Origin: an uncultured Candidatus Saccharibacteria bacterium
GTDB lineage: Bacteria; Patescibacteriota; Minisyncoccia; Minisyncoccales; GWA2-38-27
Assembly (NCBI GenBank): GCA_964509645.1
Contig: CAZDXV010000002.1
Coordinates: 1,934-65,933 of the forward strand
Length of the DNA stretch: 64,000 bases
Reading direction: 5' to 3'
Shown here: piece after piece, positions 63,525 through 64,000 of the stretch
Position numbering within the stretch: the stretch's first letter is position 1
Layout of the letters: each line of letters begins with the position of its first letter
Position numbers and translations under genes: made by a program
Notes under the pieces: model-generated
Databases searched by the model: none
What the model saw: only the letters and a program-made list of their open reading frames with translations
Told to the model about the DNA's origin: nothing

Positions 63525-64000
63525 TTACTTTATTACCAATCCTTTCTCTTCTGCTCCTTCTACATAATGTTTTCTTATTTGGGCTGAACTTAAGCTTTCA
63601 GGGTAAACCCTTACTTCATCTATAGCTCCTTTGAAAGATCCCTCGACCCAAATTTTACTATATGATCCGATTAAAACCGGCTCATTGTTTGTGTTAATAT
63701 TTCCCGATTCGGAGTTACTGTCTACTTCCTTCCCATTCACAAATATTTTAATCCCGTCTTCATTTCCATCATAGGTAGCTGCAACATGCTGCCATTCTTC
63801 ATTTTCTATACAATCAGTAACATACAAGGTATAAGAAGAACCACCTGAATAATATCTAAATTTAAGACCGGGATCATCTCCTGAGATAACATTATATAAG
63901 GTAAAAAACCAAGATTCATGCTTCTTTGCAATCGTATCCCAATCTCCTATATTTTCAGGTCTAATCCAAGCTTCAACAGTCATAGTATTCCCGTCAATAT
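63525..64000 (-). CDS. LamG/concanavalin-A-like lectin domain protein, C-terminal part (partial, continues past the window end)
   Basis: TVEAWIRPE...WQHVAATYDG...IKIFVNGKEV...FKGAIDEVRVY pattern. The frame is open to the window edge. Confidence 0.7.
   Translation of the reverse strand, partial: IDGNTMTVEAWIRPENIGDWDTIAKKHESWFFTLYNVISGDDPGLKFRYYSGGSSYTLYVTDCIENEEWQHVAATYDGNEDGIKIFVNGKEVDSNSESGNINTNNEPVLIGSYSKIWVEGSFKGAIDEVRVYPESLSSAQIRKHYVEGAEEKGLVIK

Overview
The window is low-GC, very gene-dense and mostly transcribed on the minus strand. It looks like the core genome of a reduced bacterium. Several traits fit a Patescibacteria/CPR (Parcubacteria-like) organism, though this is inference only: a DUF5667-type secreted protein, domain-trimmed aminoacyl-tRNA synthetases, lysine/glutamate-rich tails on ribosomal proteins, no rplA next to rplK, and few Shine-Dalgarno sites.

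Recognisable content:
- A dcw cluster (mraZ-rsmH-ftsL-ftsI-murF-like).
- Ribosomal and transcription blocks: rplJ-rplL; rpsP-KH-trmD; secE-nusG-rplK; infA-rpmJ-rpsM-rpsK-rpsD-rpoA-rplQ-rplM-rpsI.
- dnaE, gyrB and holB; thrS, pheST, proS and alaS; gatCA with gatB located separately.
- A dTMP block (thyX-tmk-dCMP deaminase), miaB-miaA, murA, mltG, two mreB paralogs, rnc, nusB, rnhB, tpiA.
- Eight tRNA genes and three small unlisted ORFs (rpmG, rpmJ, a 47-aa membrane peptide).

I saw no CRISPR array, transposase, integrase or rRNA.

Most notable observations:
1. A tightly coupled three-gene membrane module built around a membrane-anchored Hsp100/Clp-like double-AAA+ protein. Its first ATPase domain is degenerate and it has no M-domain or ClpP-docking loop.
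2. A pyrD-pyrF-pyrE-like cassette whose composition and translation signals differ from the host (AAGGAG sites, own promoter and terminator). It sits beside a tRNA cluster.
3. A promoter-to-terminator, GC-rich, rod-shaped RNA gene of about 200 nt and unresolved class, located after tRNA-Trp.
4. Two tRNAs (Tyr and an initiator-like CAT tRNA) in which the near-universal G18/U55 elbow pair appears replaced by A18/G55. The initiator-like tRNA also has C33.
5. An rplJ leader with mutually exclusive antiterminator and terminator helices.
6. A recurring (TGn)TAnAAT box 6-8 nt before the ATG of operon-first genes, suggesting leaderless expression.

All calls rest on motif reading by eye. No database search or folding program was run.
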